64,000 nt of DNA, from contig CAVYSY010000039.1 in assembly GCA_963771175.1 (NCBI GenBank), positions 128,001 to 192,000 on the forward strand, given 5' to 3'. Of this stretch, positions 8,753 through 20,417 are shown piece after piece. This stretch comes from an uncultured delta proteobacterium. Lineage in GTDB: Bacteria > Myxococcota > Myxococcia > Myxococcales > Myxococcaceae. A program made the position numbers and the translations under genes. The notes beneath the pieces were generated by a model. That model was not told the DNA's origin. It ran no database searches and worked only from the letters and a program-made list of their open reading frames with translations. The first letter of the stretch is position 1. Every line of letters begins with the position of its first letter.

Positions 8753-11498
8753 CTACTTCAGCTCGCGCTGCAGCCGCGCCAGGAGGTTGAGCGCGTCCAG
8801 CGGCGTCGTCTCGTCCAGCTTCAACGCCCGGAGCGCCTCCAGCACCTTCTGGTGACTCGGCTCCAGCTTCGGACCGGGCTCGGCCCCACCGCCGAACAGG
8901 CCGAGCTGCCCCGGTGACGGCGCACCCCGCCCGCCCTTGCGCGCCAGCCGCGGCCGCCCACTGTCGTCGAGCTCGCCCGACTCCAGGTTCTGGAGGATCT
9001 CCCGCGCCCGCGTCACCACCTCCGGCGGCAGGCCGGCGAGCCTCGCCACTTCGATGCCGTAGGAGCGGTTGGCCCCGCCCGCCACCAGCTTGCGCAGGAA
9101 GAGCACCTTGCCGCCCTGCTCCCGCACCGCGATGCAGAGGTTCCTCACCCGGGGCTTCTCCCGGGCCAGGTCCACCAGCTCGTGGTAGTGCGTGGCGAAG
9201 AGCGTCCGCGCGCCCATCTGTCGTGCAGGTGCTCGGCCACCGCCCAGGCGATGGAGAGCCCGTCGAAGGTGGAGGTGCCGCGGCCGATCTCGTCCAGCAC
9301 CACCAGGCTGCGCCGCGTGGCGTGGTGGAGGATGTTGGCTCGTCTCCGTCATCTCCACCATGAAGGTGGACTGCCCGCGCGCCAGGTTGTCCGCCGCCCC
9401 CACGCGCGTGAAGATCCGATCGCACAGGCCGATGCGCGCCGCCGGCCGCCGGCACGAAGCAGCCCGCCTGCGCCATCAGCACGGTGAGCGCCACCTGCCG
9501 CATGCACGGTGCTCTTGCCCGCCATGTTCGGGCCGGTGATGATCAGGATCTGCGCCGTCCTCCGAGTCCAGCTTGACGTCGTTGGGAACGAAGGCCTCGC
9601 CCGCCCCCAGCACCGCTCCACCACCGGGTGGCGGCCCGCCAGCGATGCTCGAGCACCTCGGAGTCGTCCACCATCGGGCCGCACGTAGCCGTACTCGGCC
9701 GCGCAGCGCGCGAAGGAGAGCAGCGCGTCGACGGTGGCCACCGCCTCCGCCGCCGAGCGCAGCCGGGGCGCCTCCGCGACCACCTGGGCCGCGGAGCTCC
9801 TCGAAGAGCTCGCAGCTCCAGCGCGCTCCGCCGCTCCTCCGCGGTGAGCACCTTCTCCTCGTACTCCTTCAGCTCCGGGGTGACGAAGCGCTCGGCGCCC
9901 ACCATCGTCTGCTTGCGGATGTAGTCCGAGGGCACCAGGTGCAGGTTGGCCCGCGTCACCTCCAGGTAGTAGCCGAAGACCCGGTTGTAGCGGACCTTCA
10001 GCGAGCTGATGCCGGTGCGCTCCCGCTCGCGCGGCTCGATCTCGAGCAGGAAGTCCTTGCCGTCGGTGGACAGGGCCACCAGCGTGTCCAGCTCCGCGTG
10101 GAAGCCCGGCGCGGATGAAGCCGCCCTCCTTGAGGTCACGTGGGCGGCTCGTCCACCACCGCGCCGCAGCAGCCGTCCGCCAGCTCCGGCAGCGACCCGA
10201 GCGGCCCCGCCAGGGACTTGAGCAGCGCGGACTCGCAGCGCGCCAGCGCCGCGGCCAGCCGGGGAAGCTGCGCCAGCGACAGCCCGAGCGCGCGCAGGTC
10301 CCTCGCGTTGCCCGCGCCGAGCGACAGCCGCCCGCACAGCCGCTCCATGTCCCCCACCTCCTTGAGGAGGGTGGTCAGCTCCTCGCGCCACACGCTGCGC
10401 TGGGACAGCTCCTCCACCGCGTCCAGGCGGGCGTTGATCTCCGGCAGCGAGCACAGGGGCGCGGCCAGCCACCGGGCCAGCTTGCGCGCGCCCAGGCCGG
10501 TGGCGGTCCGGTCCAGCACGCCCAGCAGCGAGCCCCGGCGCGCGCCGTCCCGCAGGGTGCGGAGCACCTCCAGGTTGGAGCGGGAGGACTCGTCCATGAG
10601 CAGGTGGTCGCCGCGCTCCTGGCGGCTGAGCCGGTCCACGTGGGCGGCCTCCGTCTTCTGGGTGTCCTTGAGGTAGCGCAGCGCCGCGCCGGCGGCCCCG
10701 GTGGCCAGGGGCGCGTCCTGCAGCCCGAAGGCCTCCAGCGACTGCACCGCGAAGTGACCCCGCAGGTAGACCGTGGCCCGCGACGGGCTCGAAGGCGGCC
10801 GTCTCCAGCTCGGTCACCGCCGGCGGCTTCGCCAGCCGCGACACCAGGAAGGTCGTGTCCGGCGACTCCCGCTGCCCCTCGGGCACCAGCAGCTCGCGCG
10901 GCTCGCACCGCGGGACAGCGCCTCCACCAGCTCCTGGCGCGTCCCGCGCCTCCAGGGTGAGGAACTCGCCGGTGGAGGCCTCCAGCAGCGCCGCGCCGAA
11001 GCCCTGGGCCCCCGGGTACACCGCGGCCAGGAAGTTGCTCGCCCTCGGCTCGAGCACCTCCTCGTCCAGCACCATGCCCGGGGTGATGACGCGCGTCACC
11101 TCGCCGCGACGATGCCCGGACCGCTGCCCGGCCTCCTCCACCTGCTCGCAGATGGCCACCTTCAGCCCGTGCTCGACGAGCTTCGCGATGTAGCGGCGCG
11201 CCGAGTGGTACGGCACCCCGCCCATCGGGATCCTCTCCGCGCCCTTCGCCCGCGCGGTGAGGGTGATCTGCAGGAGCTCCGAGGCGCGCACCGCGTCCTC
11301 GAAGAACATCTCGTAGAAGTCCCCGAGCCGGAAGAAGAGGATGGCGTCCGGGTGGAGCGCCTTCGTCTCGAGGTACTGCCTCATCATCGGAGTGAGCGCG
11401 CCGATCTCTCGCGCCCCCGCGGCCTCGCCCGACGCCTCCACCAGCGCCTCGGCCTCGTCCCCGTGTCCCTTGCCTGCCTTCGCTTGCGTCACGCCCAT
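8753..11498 (-). CDS. mutS: DNA mismatch repair protein MutS (multiple frameshifts)
   Basis: [53 protein letters not shown] spread over several frames. Confidence 0.95.
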
Positions 11499-11693
11499 CG
11501 CCGCCCTTCTCTCACGCGTCCGGTCATGGATCAACAGAACACATGACCTCCGCCGTCAACTCCCCCGTTCCTACTCTGGCCATAGCTAGCACGCCCCTCC
11601 GACATGCGGGCGAGCCGGGGTGGAAAAATCGTGGGGCCGCCCGTCCGAAAACGGTGGCCGGAGACACCTGGGGCGTGCAACCTGTGCCGCGCC

Positions 11694-13056
11694 ATGGAGA
11701 CCCGTACCCCCCTGCCCGTTCCCAGGCTCTTCAAGGTCGCTGTCGCGCCCCTCCAGGCCTTCTTCCGGCTGGAGGCGAGCAGCGGCATCCTTCTGGCGCT
11801 CTGCGCCGTGGCGGCCATGGTCTGGGCCAACTCGCCCTGGGCGGACAGCTACGTCGCCCTGTTCGACGCCCCCCTGGCCCTCGGACTGGGCAGTGGCGCC
11901 CTCTTCCACTTCACCTTCCGTGAATTCATCAACGACGGGTTGATGACGATCTTCTTCTTCCTGGTGGGGATGGAGATCAAGCGCGAGCTGGCCGCCGGGC
12001 GAGCTGCGCACCCTGTCCAAGGCGATGCTGCCGCTCATCGCGGCGCTGGGCGGCATGGTGGTGCCGGCGGCCATCTACGCGGCGCTCAACGCGGGCACGC
12101 CGGCCATCAAGGGGTGGGCCATCCCCATGGCCACGGACATCGCCTTCGCCATCGGGTGTCTCACCCTGCTCAAGGGGCGGGTGAGCCACGGGCTGGTGGT
12201 GTTCCTCACCGCGCTGGCCATCTTCGACGACATCGGCGGCATCCTGGTCATCGCCATGTTCTACGGCACGGGGCTGCACGTGGAGTGGCTGCTGGGGGCG
12301 CTGGCCATCACCGGGGTGCTGTTCGCGTGCAACCAGTACTACGTGCGCAACGGCCTGGTGTACGCGGTGCTGGGTGGGGCGCTCTGGTACGCCATGCACC
12401 ACGGCGGCGTGCACGCCACCATCGCCGGCGTGGTGGTGGGGATGATGATCCCCGCCAGGCCCGCGCGCCGCGGCCGCGAGGTGCTGGAGGAGTTGCACGG
12501 CTACATCGGCCAGCTCCTCAAGGAGCCCGAGGACGAGGCCGTGCGCACCGGCCAGCTCCTGCACATCGAGGAGCAACTGGAGGACATCGAGCCGCCGCTC
12601 ATCCGCTTCGAGCACCTGTGGCACAGGTGGGTGGCGTACGGCATCGTCCCGCTGTTCGCGCTGGCCAACTCGGGCATCTCCGTGAAGGGGATGCACCTGT
12701 CGGATCTGCTCCGGCCGCTGCCGCTGGGGGTGATGCTCGGCCTCTTCGTGGGCAAGCAGGCGGGCATCTTCCTCTTCACCTGGGTGGCGGTGAAGCTGGG
12801 GCTGTCGGAGATGCCGGGGCGGGCGAGTCTCCTGCAACTCCACGGGGTGGCGGTGGTGGCGGGCATCGGCTTCACGGTGGCGCTGTTCGTGGCGGGGCTG
12901 GCCTTCGCCAACGAGCCGGAGCTGCTGGCGGAGGCGAAGCTGGGCATCCTGCTCGGCTCGCTGCTGTCGGCGGTGGTGGGCTACCTGCTGCTGCGCTTCG
13001 GCCCGGCGCCCCGGACCCAGGCGCGGGAGAGCGAGCCGACCACCCAGGCGGCCTGA
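11694..13056 (+). CDS. nhaA: Na+/H+ antiporter NhaA (frameshift near 12000)
   Basis: INDGLMTIFFFLVGMEIKRE, GWAIPMATDIAFA, LAIFDDIG, GIGFTV. Confidence 0.95.
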
Positions 13057-13125
13057 GGCCCGACCGACACCGGGCGTCGCAGAGGGTTTGCGGGCGGGGC
13101 GGGGCCGTGGAAAGGTGGCGGCCCC

Positions 13126-14826
13126 GTGCTCCTCCAGGATCTGAACCGCGTCCGGCAGATTGGGGTCATCGCAGCGCGCCACGGCTTCGGCGAGTGGCTC
13201 GAGCGCGCGGGCGTGTGGCGGCTGCTGGGGCGGCGCGAGAAGGTGGAAGTGTCTCCCGGAGGCCCAGCGCGCCACCACCGCGCGCCGCTTCCGGATGCTG
13301 CTCAACGACCTCGGCCCCACCTTCGTGAAGCTGGGGCAGATCCTCTCCACGCGCGCGGACCTGCTGCCGGCCGAGTTCATCGAGGAGCTGGCGACGCTGC
13401 AGGACCAGGTCGAGCCCTTCCCGCTGGAGGACATGTACGCGCAGATCCGCGAGTCGCTGGGCCGCGAGGCCTCCGGAGCTCTTCACGCAGATCGATCCCG
13501 AGCCGCTGGCGGCGGCGTCGCATCGCCCAGGTGCACCGGGCGCTGACGCTGGAGGGCGAGGAGGTGGTGGTGAAGGTGCAGCGGCCGGGGATCGCCGAGC
13601 AGATCGACTGCGGACCTCGTGGTGCTGCGCACGCTGGCGCGGCTGCTGGAGGCGGTGGTGGAGGAGACGGGCATCTACACGCCCACGGGGATCGTCGAGG
13701 AGTTCGACCGGGCCATCCACGAGGAGCTCGACTTCGTGAACGAGGCCTCGAACATCCGCGCCTTCCAGGAGAACCACCGCGACCGGCCGTACATGCAAGA
13801 TTCCGCGGGTGTACTCGGAGCTCAGCAGCCGGACGGTGCTGACGCTGGAGTTCATCCGGGGGGTGAAGATCAGCCAGGCGGAGCTGTCGCCGGAGGATCG
13901 CGAGCAGCTGGCGCGCCACATCGTGGACGCGAGCTTCCGCCAGCTCTTCGAGGACGGGCTGTTCCACGGCGACCCGCACCCGGGGAACATCCTGGTGCTG
14001 GAGGGCAACCGGCTCGCGCTGCTGGACTTCGGGGTGGTGGGCCGGCTGTCGCGCGCGATGCAGGAGACGCTGGTGATGCTGGTGCTGGCGGTGGCGCTGA
14101 AGGACAGCGACTCGGTGGCGCGCATCCTCTACCGGGTGGGCGTGCCGGACGCGCGGGCGAACCTGGTCGGCTTCCGCAACGACATCGAGGGACTGCTCGG
14201 GACCGCCACCTGCCGACGACGCTGGGCGAGGTGGACGCGCAGAGCCTGATGCGGGACCTGCTCGATCTGGCGGTGAAGTACCGCATCCGCATTCCCAAGG
14301 AGTACGCGCTGCTCAGCCGCGCGTCGGTGTCGACCGAGGGCATGCTGCGCAGCCCTGTACCCGGACCTGAACATCGTCGAGGTGGCGATGCCGTACGCCA
14401 AGGAGCTGCTGGCGGACCGGTACGATCCGAGGCAGCTGCAGGGCGGGCTGATGCGGACGCTGCTGCGCTTCCAGTCGCTGGCGGCGGATCTGCCCACGCA
14501 GCTGTCGCAGATCCTGTTGGATCTGGAGTCCGGGAAGTTCAGCGTGACGGTGCGGGCGGAGCAGTTCGACAAGCTGAACGACGAACCTGCGGAGCGCGGC
14601 GATCGTGATCGTTCCTGGGCCTGTGCGCCTGCGGGTTCATCGTGGGCGCGTTCATCTCCTTCGCCCAGACGCCGGTGACTGTACCGGCGGCGTGCCGGTG
14701 CTGGGCGTGCTGGGCGTGGCGATGTCGGCGGCGCTCTTCGGCGCGACCTTCACCTGGTACCTGTTCGGCAAACGCTTCGGGAAGGTGCGGGTGAGCCGCT
14801 GGCTCGCGAAGAAGCAGCGCCGGTAG
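13126..14826 (+). CDS. ABC1/UbiB/AarF-family kinase (multiple frameshifts)
   Basis: LGPTFVKLGQILSTRADL, VVVKVQRP, EELDF, FHGDPHPGN, LLDFG; C-terminal TM helices. Confidence 0.9.
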
Positions 14827-14872
14827 GTCCCCAGTGGAACGACTACGGGCCCCAGACAATTCGCGCTCTAAT

Positions 14873-15551
14873 ATGTTGGCACTCTACTACTACCGGGCAC
14901 GGAATACGAAGCTTGGACCCGATCGGGATCTTCGTGACGCGAGTTGCCGCCCCGACCCTGATTTCGACAGCCTATCACTAGGTCTCTGTCGTCCCAATTT
15001 GCGCGAGAAGATGGCGCGCTTGGCTCAGGGTCAGGAATCACTCGACGTGCTCTTCTACACAGGAACACCGTCTTCCACAGGTGAATTGCTGTTGGTGGCG
15101 CTTCTCCGAATCAGCGCCGTCTATCGCCAACACAATTCAGCACGTGCCGCGTTCGCTGGAGCTTTACCTCGAAACCTCATCGTTGCCGGCAATCCTTGCC
15201 TTCTCGGGACGACCATAGACCCCGCTACTCGGAAAAGCCGCCAACCACCAGCAAGCATCCTCCTGTAGATGTGCTCAGTGCGGATGTGTTCGGTACGCAA
15301 AGCGTTCAGGTACACCGTACCTTATCTTCGCACCACCTGGACCAGGAATGCTTCGTCTTGACGATCCAGTCGTGCTTCACCTCGACGCTCTGAATGCGCT
15401 CACTCCACACTATGTTCGTCAAAAGTGGCCAACGGGGCTCAATTATAAGAAGTTTCAGCAGGCTACCCAGAATGATGCGCACTGGTTCAAGCACCCTGGC
15501 GATGCCCAAGCGTTGAGGAACTATTTCCTCAACAGCGGCAGCTTCAAATGA
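14873..15551 (+). CDS. Low-GC hypothetical protein (frameshift near 15260), weak resemblance to nucleotide-modification-associated domains
   Basis: ORFs 14834-15268 and 15348-15551 join through an open frame (CRCAQCGCVRYAKRSGTPYLIF); AT-richer than flanks. Confidence 0.5.
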
Positions 15552-15615
15552 AGCTACATCCTGCTGGCAGAGACAACCAGCAGCAGTGCAATGGGTTTCT
15601 CCGAGGCAGGAGTGC

Positions 15616-15660
15616 GACGTCCTGCGGCAGGTATAGCGGGGTCTCCAGGCGGGGCTCGCC
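15616..15660. repeat. 45-bp copy of 19071-19115
   Basis: GACGTCCTGCGGCAGGTATAGCGGGGTCTCCAGGCGGGGCTCGCC vs GACGTCCTGCGGCAGGTACAGCGGGGTCTCCAGGCGGGGCTGGCC, 2 mismatches. Confidence 0.9.
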
Positions 15661-15777
15661 CATGGAGCGTGCGGTGAGCACCCTTCAGGTCCGAAACACG
15701 GACACGACTCAGAGAAACCTCCACTCGTACCACTCCTCCCCCTAACATGCTCGCCTACTCGCGTTGCGAGGTGACAC

Positions 15778-17124
15778 ATGATCTTGCGTCAGGCAGGGGC
15801 AATCTTGCTCGCCGTGCTTCTTGGGTGCAGCAGCACTCAGCGGGTGGTCCGCCTGGAGACCAGGGAGGGTGAAACCATCGTCCACATTCCCCTCACCGCT
15901 GAAGTGGAGCCGGTGAGGTTGTCGCCAGAAGAGGTCTCGGAGTCCCTCAAGAGACTGGCGGTGGAAGTGCGACTGCTCACCACTCCTCGGGAAACCGTGC
16001 GGAGGATGTTCCAACTCGACGCGCTCAGCGGCGATTACCTGTACCTGCTCCGAGACAGGAAGCTGGTGCCAACAGGAGGAGGCACTCCGCTGGATGGGGC
16101 CTTGACGAAGGAGGAGGAGAAACTCACGCGCGACTACAAGGGCTGGTGTCAACGCGCGTACCGGTTCGACGGCGACTGCCTGGGAGGCGCGCTGGTTGGA
16201 GATCGCTACCTAGATATGCATGGCCGCTACGTCCTGGCACTGGCCCTGAGCAAGAGTCCCGTGCTGGACGAGATGAAGATCGCACTGGGCGAGATGGTGA
16301 GCTTCCAGGCCATCATGAGCGCAGCGCTCTGGACGGTCGGCACGCTGATGATCTTGCTGGCATTGCCCGAGCCAGTGACCAAGCTACTGGCGGCGTCAAT
16401 GGCCACTGTTCTGATTCTCTGGGTGGGCGTCGATACTCTCTACAACCTGATCACCGGCTGGCTCCAACTGATGCAGGAGGTGAAGGAGGCCACCACGTTC
16501 GCGGAAATTCGCAAGGCGGGCGAGCGCTACGGCAAGGTGATAGGGCGCGACGCGGCACGGGTGTTCGCCATGCTGGCGGTGGCGGCCATCAATCAGACGG
16601 CGCAAGGGTTCGCGGCGAAGGTGCAGACGCTGCCCGGCTCAGCTCAGGCGGCAATGCAGGCCGAAGCGCAGGGAGGAATCTGGCTGCCAGCAGTGGCCGA
16701 GGTGCAGGAGGTTGCGGTCACTGCCGAAGGATTCCGTGTGGTGCTACCACCGGGCGCGGTGGCGATGGCGGCGCGTCAGGGGCGCGGCAACCGCGTCGAA
16801 GATCACCACATCGGAACCATCGCAAATGAGATCTCCACCGCGCGCGGTGGCCCCTGGACACCGAGACTCAAGAAGCTGTACGCCAGGGCGGGAATGCGGC
16901 TGCAGGATCCTGAAAACATCGTGCCTGTCGAGGGGCACAGGGGTCCTCACCCTGAGAGATATCATCGAATCGTCTACAAGCGATTGAACGAGGTGATGGG
17001 CGGCTGTCGCAGCATCGAGGTGTGCCGGGTCAAGCTGACGCGAGCGCTCGAAAAGCTGGCCGAGGAGATCGCCACTCCTGGCTCGGAACTGAACCAACTC
17101 GTGACCAAGGGAAAGCCGCGATAA
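15778..17124 (+). CDS. SitA-like lipoprotein polymorphic toxin with AHH-type HNH nuclease C-terminus
   Basis: Lipobox LLGC; GDCL, PEPVTK, AMAAR; DHHI...EN...GHRGPHPERYH. Confidence 0.85.
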   Translation: MILRQAGAILLAVLLGCSSTQRVVRLETREGETIVHIPLTAEVEPVRLSPEEVSESLKRLAVEVRLLTTPRETVRRMFQLDALSGDYLYLLRDRKLVPTGGGTPLDGALTKEEEKLTRDYKGWCQRAYRFDGDCLGGALVGDRYLDMHGRYVLALALSKSPVLDEMKIALGEMVSFQAIMSAALWTVGTLMILLALPEPVTKLLAASMATVLILWVGVDTLYNLITGWLQLMQEVKEATTFAEIRKAGERYGKVIGRDAARVFAMLAVAAINQTAQGFAAKVQTLPGSAQAAMQAEAQGGIWLPAVAEVQEVAVTAEGFRVVLPPGAVAMAARQGRGNRVEDHHIGTIANEISTARGGPWTPRLKKLYARAGMRLQDPENIVPVEGHRGPHPERYHRIVYKRLNEVMGGCRSIEVCRVKLTRALEKLAEEIATPGSELNQLVTKGKPR

Positions 17125-17133
17125 GAGATACCG

Positions 17134-17699
17134 ATGCCCAAGCGATTCTTCGAACTGTATGACGATGTCGATGTCCCGCGTCGCTGGCACCTGGACACTC
17201 CCATCGATAGCAAAGGCCGCGAGGTGAACGATTGGGAGTTCAAGACGGGAAAGCCCATGAGAATCAAGGGCCGTTTGAGAATCCCTGTCGAGATCGCGGG
17301 CAGGCCGTTGGATTTCTCCGAGGCGGGATTGATGGTCCCGGTCGTTCACGTCAAGGTGGCATCCGTGCTGAAGGAACTGGCCCCCGACGACGTGCAGCTC
17401 ATCCCTGTGGACATCGAGGGGCAGCCAGATCAATACCTCATTCTCGTGGCGACACGTCTCATCCGGTGCATCGACGAGAGAGCCTCCAAGGTGCAGTTCT
17501 GGCGGCCCGAGGATGGCCTCCCCGACATGGTCGGACGAGTATTACGCTGTGGATGACCTGCACATCGACAAGGCGAAGGTTGGGAACGCCAAGGTGTTTC
17601 AGTCCCGAAGGATGGGAGGTCACCCTGATCGTCTCGGGCGATATCAAGGAAGCCATGGAGCGCATGGGGACCACTGGGGCAAAATTCGAGGAGGTGTAG
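17134..17699 (+). CDS. Imm11/DUF1629-like immunity protein (frameshifts near the 3' end)
   Basis: Follows the AHH toxin; PLDFS, DVQLIPVDI, IRCIDE, LIVSGDIKEAM. Confidence 0.8.
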
Positions 17700-17712
17700 C
17701 TGCCTTACGACG

Positions 17713-18132
17713 TCACCGCGCGGCGCAGAGCCCGTCGCGCTCCGCGCCGCAGGTCGCATGGCACGCGGCGCACTTGCGCAGGTCGCCGTCCTCGAGCACC
17801 TCGCGCTCCACGGACAGCTTCTGCCACCGCCACGCGCCCCCCTCCTTGCGCATGGCGGTGAGCCCCCTCGGCGTCCGGCAGCCGGGCTCGAGGAACTCTT
17901 CCTTCACCACCGTGGCCCCGTCCGGCAGCGCGCCCCCTGCCCCATCCCCGTAGGCCGCCGCCGCCATTCCGTCCGCTCGCACCCGGACGAATTGCAGCTC
18001 GTGCTCCGCGCTCTCCTGGCAGGGCCGCACCTCGGCCCACGCGGTGCGGAAATCCGCCGGTACCACCGGCTCCGGTCCGCCTCCACACCCGGCGAGCACC
18101 AGCCCCCACGCCGCCAGACAGGGCCTCCTCAC
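17713..18132 (-). CDS. Monoheme c-type cytochrome lipoprotein, cytochrome P460-like
   Basis: Lipobox LAGC; LPDGATVVKE, TAMRK, WRW, C-terminal CAACH. Confidence 0.7.
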   Translation of the reverse strand: MRRPCLAAWGLVLAGCGGGPEPVVPADFRTAWAEVRPCQESAEHELQFVRVRADGMAAAAYGDGAGGALPDGATVVKEEFLEPGCRTPRGLTAMRKEGGAWRWQKLSVEREVLEDGDLRKCAACHATCGAERDGLCAAR

Positions 18133-19247
18133 GGCCTCACCACGCGGACGCGGTGATTGTACGTGTCCGCGATGTAGAGCGTGCCATCCCTGCCCACCTC
18201 GATGCCAAAGGGCCTGGAGAGCCGCGCCGACGTCGCCGGCCCGTTATCCCCCGCGTTCCCCGCCTCGCCGCACACCCCGGCCACCGTGTGGATGAGGCCG
18301 TCCGGCGTCACCTTCCGCACGCACGAGTGGTCCGTGTCCGCGATGTACAGCGAGCCGTCCGCGCCGAGCGCCACATCCGTGGGCCGGGCCAGCCGCGCCT
18401 GCACCGCCGGCACGCCCTCGCCAATGTCCCCCTCCTCCGCTCCCGAGCCCGCCACCGTGGTGATGGTCCCGTCCGGCATCACCTTGCGCACCCGCTGGTT
18501 GCCCGAATCCGCGATGTAGAGGTTGCCCTGCGCGTCCATGGCGATCTTCCCGGACGGCGACGCCGCCTGCCCCGCAGGCCCCTGCAGCATCGCCCCGAGG
18601 GCCGGGCCTCCATCGCCGCCGAAGCCCGCCTCGCCCGTGCCCACCACGGTGGTGATGACGCCCTGGGTGTCCACTCGCCGCACCCGCTGGTTCGCCTGGT
18701 CCGCGATGTACATCGAGCCATCCGGCCCGAAGACCGTGGCCACCGGCAGGTCCAGGATGGCCGTCACCGCCGGCCCTCCGTCCCCGCCGAACGAGCGCTT
18801 GCCCGTCCCGGCGATCGTCTCCATCTGCCCCGTGCCCAGATCCATCCGCATCACCTTCGAGTTGTGCCAGGCGCTCAGGATGAGTCGGCCCTGAGGGTCG
18901 AAGGAGATGTGCGTGGGGTGGTTGAGGCCGATGTGGTGCGCGTGGCCGTCCAGGGCATCGCCGAGCTCGCCGGTGCCGATCACCGTCTCCACCGTCTCGT
19001 CCGGCTTCACCACGCGCACACGGTGGTTGTTCCAGTCCATCACCCAGATCCGCTCATCCGGCCCCACGGTGACGTCCTGCGGCAGGTACAGCGGGGTCTC
19101 CAGGCGGGGCTGGCCATCCTCTCCGAGCCCCGCGAAACCCGTCCCCATGTAGGTGCAGATGGTGCCCGAGGTCTTCGGGCAGGGATCCTCCTCGCCACAA
19201 CCCGACAGCGCGAGGAGGAGCAGCGGCAGTGCACGAGTCGTCTTCAT
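18129..19247 (-). CDS. NHL-repeat beta-propeller lipoprotein
   Basis: Lipobox LSGC; repeated GxLYIADxxNxRVRxV units. Confidence 0.9.
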   Translation of the reverse strand: MKTTRALPLLLLALSGCGEEDPCPKTSGTICTYMGTGFAGLGEDGQPRLETPLYLPQDVTVGPDERIWVMDWNNHRVRVVKPDETVETVIGTGELGDALDGHAHHIGLNHPTHISFDPQGRLILSAWHNSKVMRMDLGTGQMETIAGTGKRSFGGDGGPAVTAILDLPVATVFGPDGSMYIADQANQRVRRVDTQGVITTVVGTGEAGFGGDGGPALGAMLQGPAGQAASPSGKIAMDAQGNLYIADSGNQRVRKVMPDGTITTVAGSGAEEGDIGEGVPAVQARLARPTDVALGADGSLYIADTDHSCVRKVTPDGLIHTVAGVCGEAGNAGDNGPATSARLSRPFGIEVGRDGTLYIADTYNHRVRVVRP

Positions 19248-20404
19248 TTCAGGGCCTCCGCCGGGACTCGGCGAATGCGATGGTTGTAGGTGTCCGCGAT
19301 GTAGAGGTTGCCTTCCGGGTCCAGCTCGATGCCAAAGGGCCGGGCGAGCTGCGCCTCCCGTGGCGCATCCCCGTCCCCGGTGAAGCCTCGCGTCCCCGTG
19401 CCCACCACCGTGCTCAGCCGGCCCGTCTCGGGATCCAGCCGGCGCACCACGTGGTTGTCCGTGTCCGCGATGTACAGCCGCCCCTTCGCGTCCACCGCCA
19501 GATCTCTCGGGGCGTTGAGGGTCGCTTCCTGCGCGGCGGCCTCGGGAACGCTCGGACCGGAGACGCCCGTACCCGCCACCGTGCGGATGACTCCCGTGGA
19601 CAGGTCCACCGCTCGAATGCGGTGGTTGTCCGTGTCCGCGATGTAGAGCGTCCCCTTCCCGTCCAGCGCCACCGCCCCCCCGGGCTGCGGGTTGCCTCCC
19701 GTGGGGAAGGACAGCTTCGCCTCGCGCGCGGGGCCACCGTCGCCGCCGTAGCCCTTCTCCCCCGTGCCCACCACGGTGTCCACCGTGCCGTCCGGGGAGA
19801 TGCGCCGCACCCGCTGGTTGCGTTGATCCAGCACGTACACCGTGCCATCCGCCGCCACCGCGGCGCTCTTGGGCTGATCCATCAACGCCGCGCCCACCGG
19901 CCCCTCGTCGCCACGGAAGCCCGGTCCCGCGCCGCACAGCACGTGCACTCGGCCGGTGGTCGGGTCCCACGTACGCAACTTGTGGTTGTGCCAGGCCACC
20001 AGCAGCCCCGTGCCGTCCGGGAGGAAGGTGATGCCCGTGGGGTGGTTGAGGTTGACGGTGGTTCCGAGCGCCCCCTCGGCACGGAGATCACTCAGGTCCT
20101 CCGGCCCGTCACCGATGGTGGCCGTGCCGATGACGGTGGTCACCGTCCCGTCCGCCTCCACGCGGCGCACGCGGTGGTTGTTCCAGTCCATCACGTAGGC
20201 CCGGCCGTCCGGACCGAAGGTGAGATCCATGGGCCAGTAGAGGTGGGTGGCCTCGCGAGCGAGCCCATCGCCATTGAAGGCTGCCTGTCCGGTGCCAGCC
20301 CAGGTGCAGACGTGATCCGGCCCACAGCCGTCACCGCCGCAGCCCGAGAGCGCTGGCACGCCCAGCCCCAGGGACATGAGAAGAAATGCGGAAAATCGTT
20401 TCAT
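19244..20404 (-). CDS. NHL-repeat beta-propeller lipoprotein (paralog of the adjacent gene)
   Basis: Lipobox LSGC; repeated LYIADTDNHRIR units; shares MDWNNHRVR, LNHPT, WHN. Confidence 0.9.
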   Translation of the reverse strand: MKRFSAFLLMSLGLGVPALSGCGGDGCGPDHVCTWAGTGQAAFNGDGLAREATHLYWPMDLTFGPDGRAYVMDWNNHRVRRVEADGTVTTVIGTATIGDGPEDLSDLRAEGALGTTVNLNHPTGITFLPDGTGLLVAWHNHKLRTWDPTTGRVHVLCGAGPGFRGDEGPVGAALMDQPKSAAVAADGTVYVLDQRNQRVRRISPDGTVDTVVGTGEKGYGGDGGPAREAKLSFPTGGNPQPGGAVALDGKGTLYIADTDNHRIRAVDLSTGVIRTVAGTGVSGPSVPEAAAQEATLNAPRDLAVDAKGRLYIADTDNHVVRRLDPETGRLSTVVGTGTRGFTGDGDAPREAQLARPFGIELDPEGNLYIADTYNHRIRRVPAEALK

Positions 20405-20417
20405 GGGAAGACCCCCA

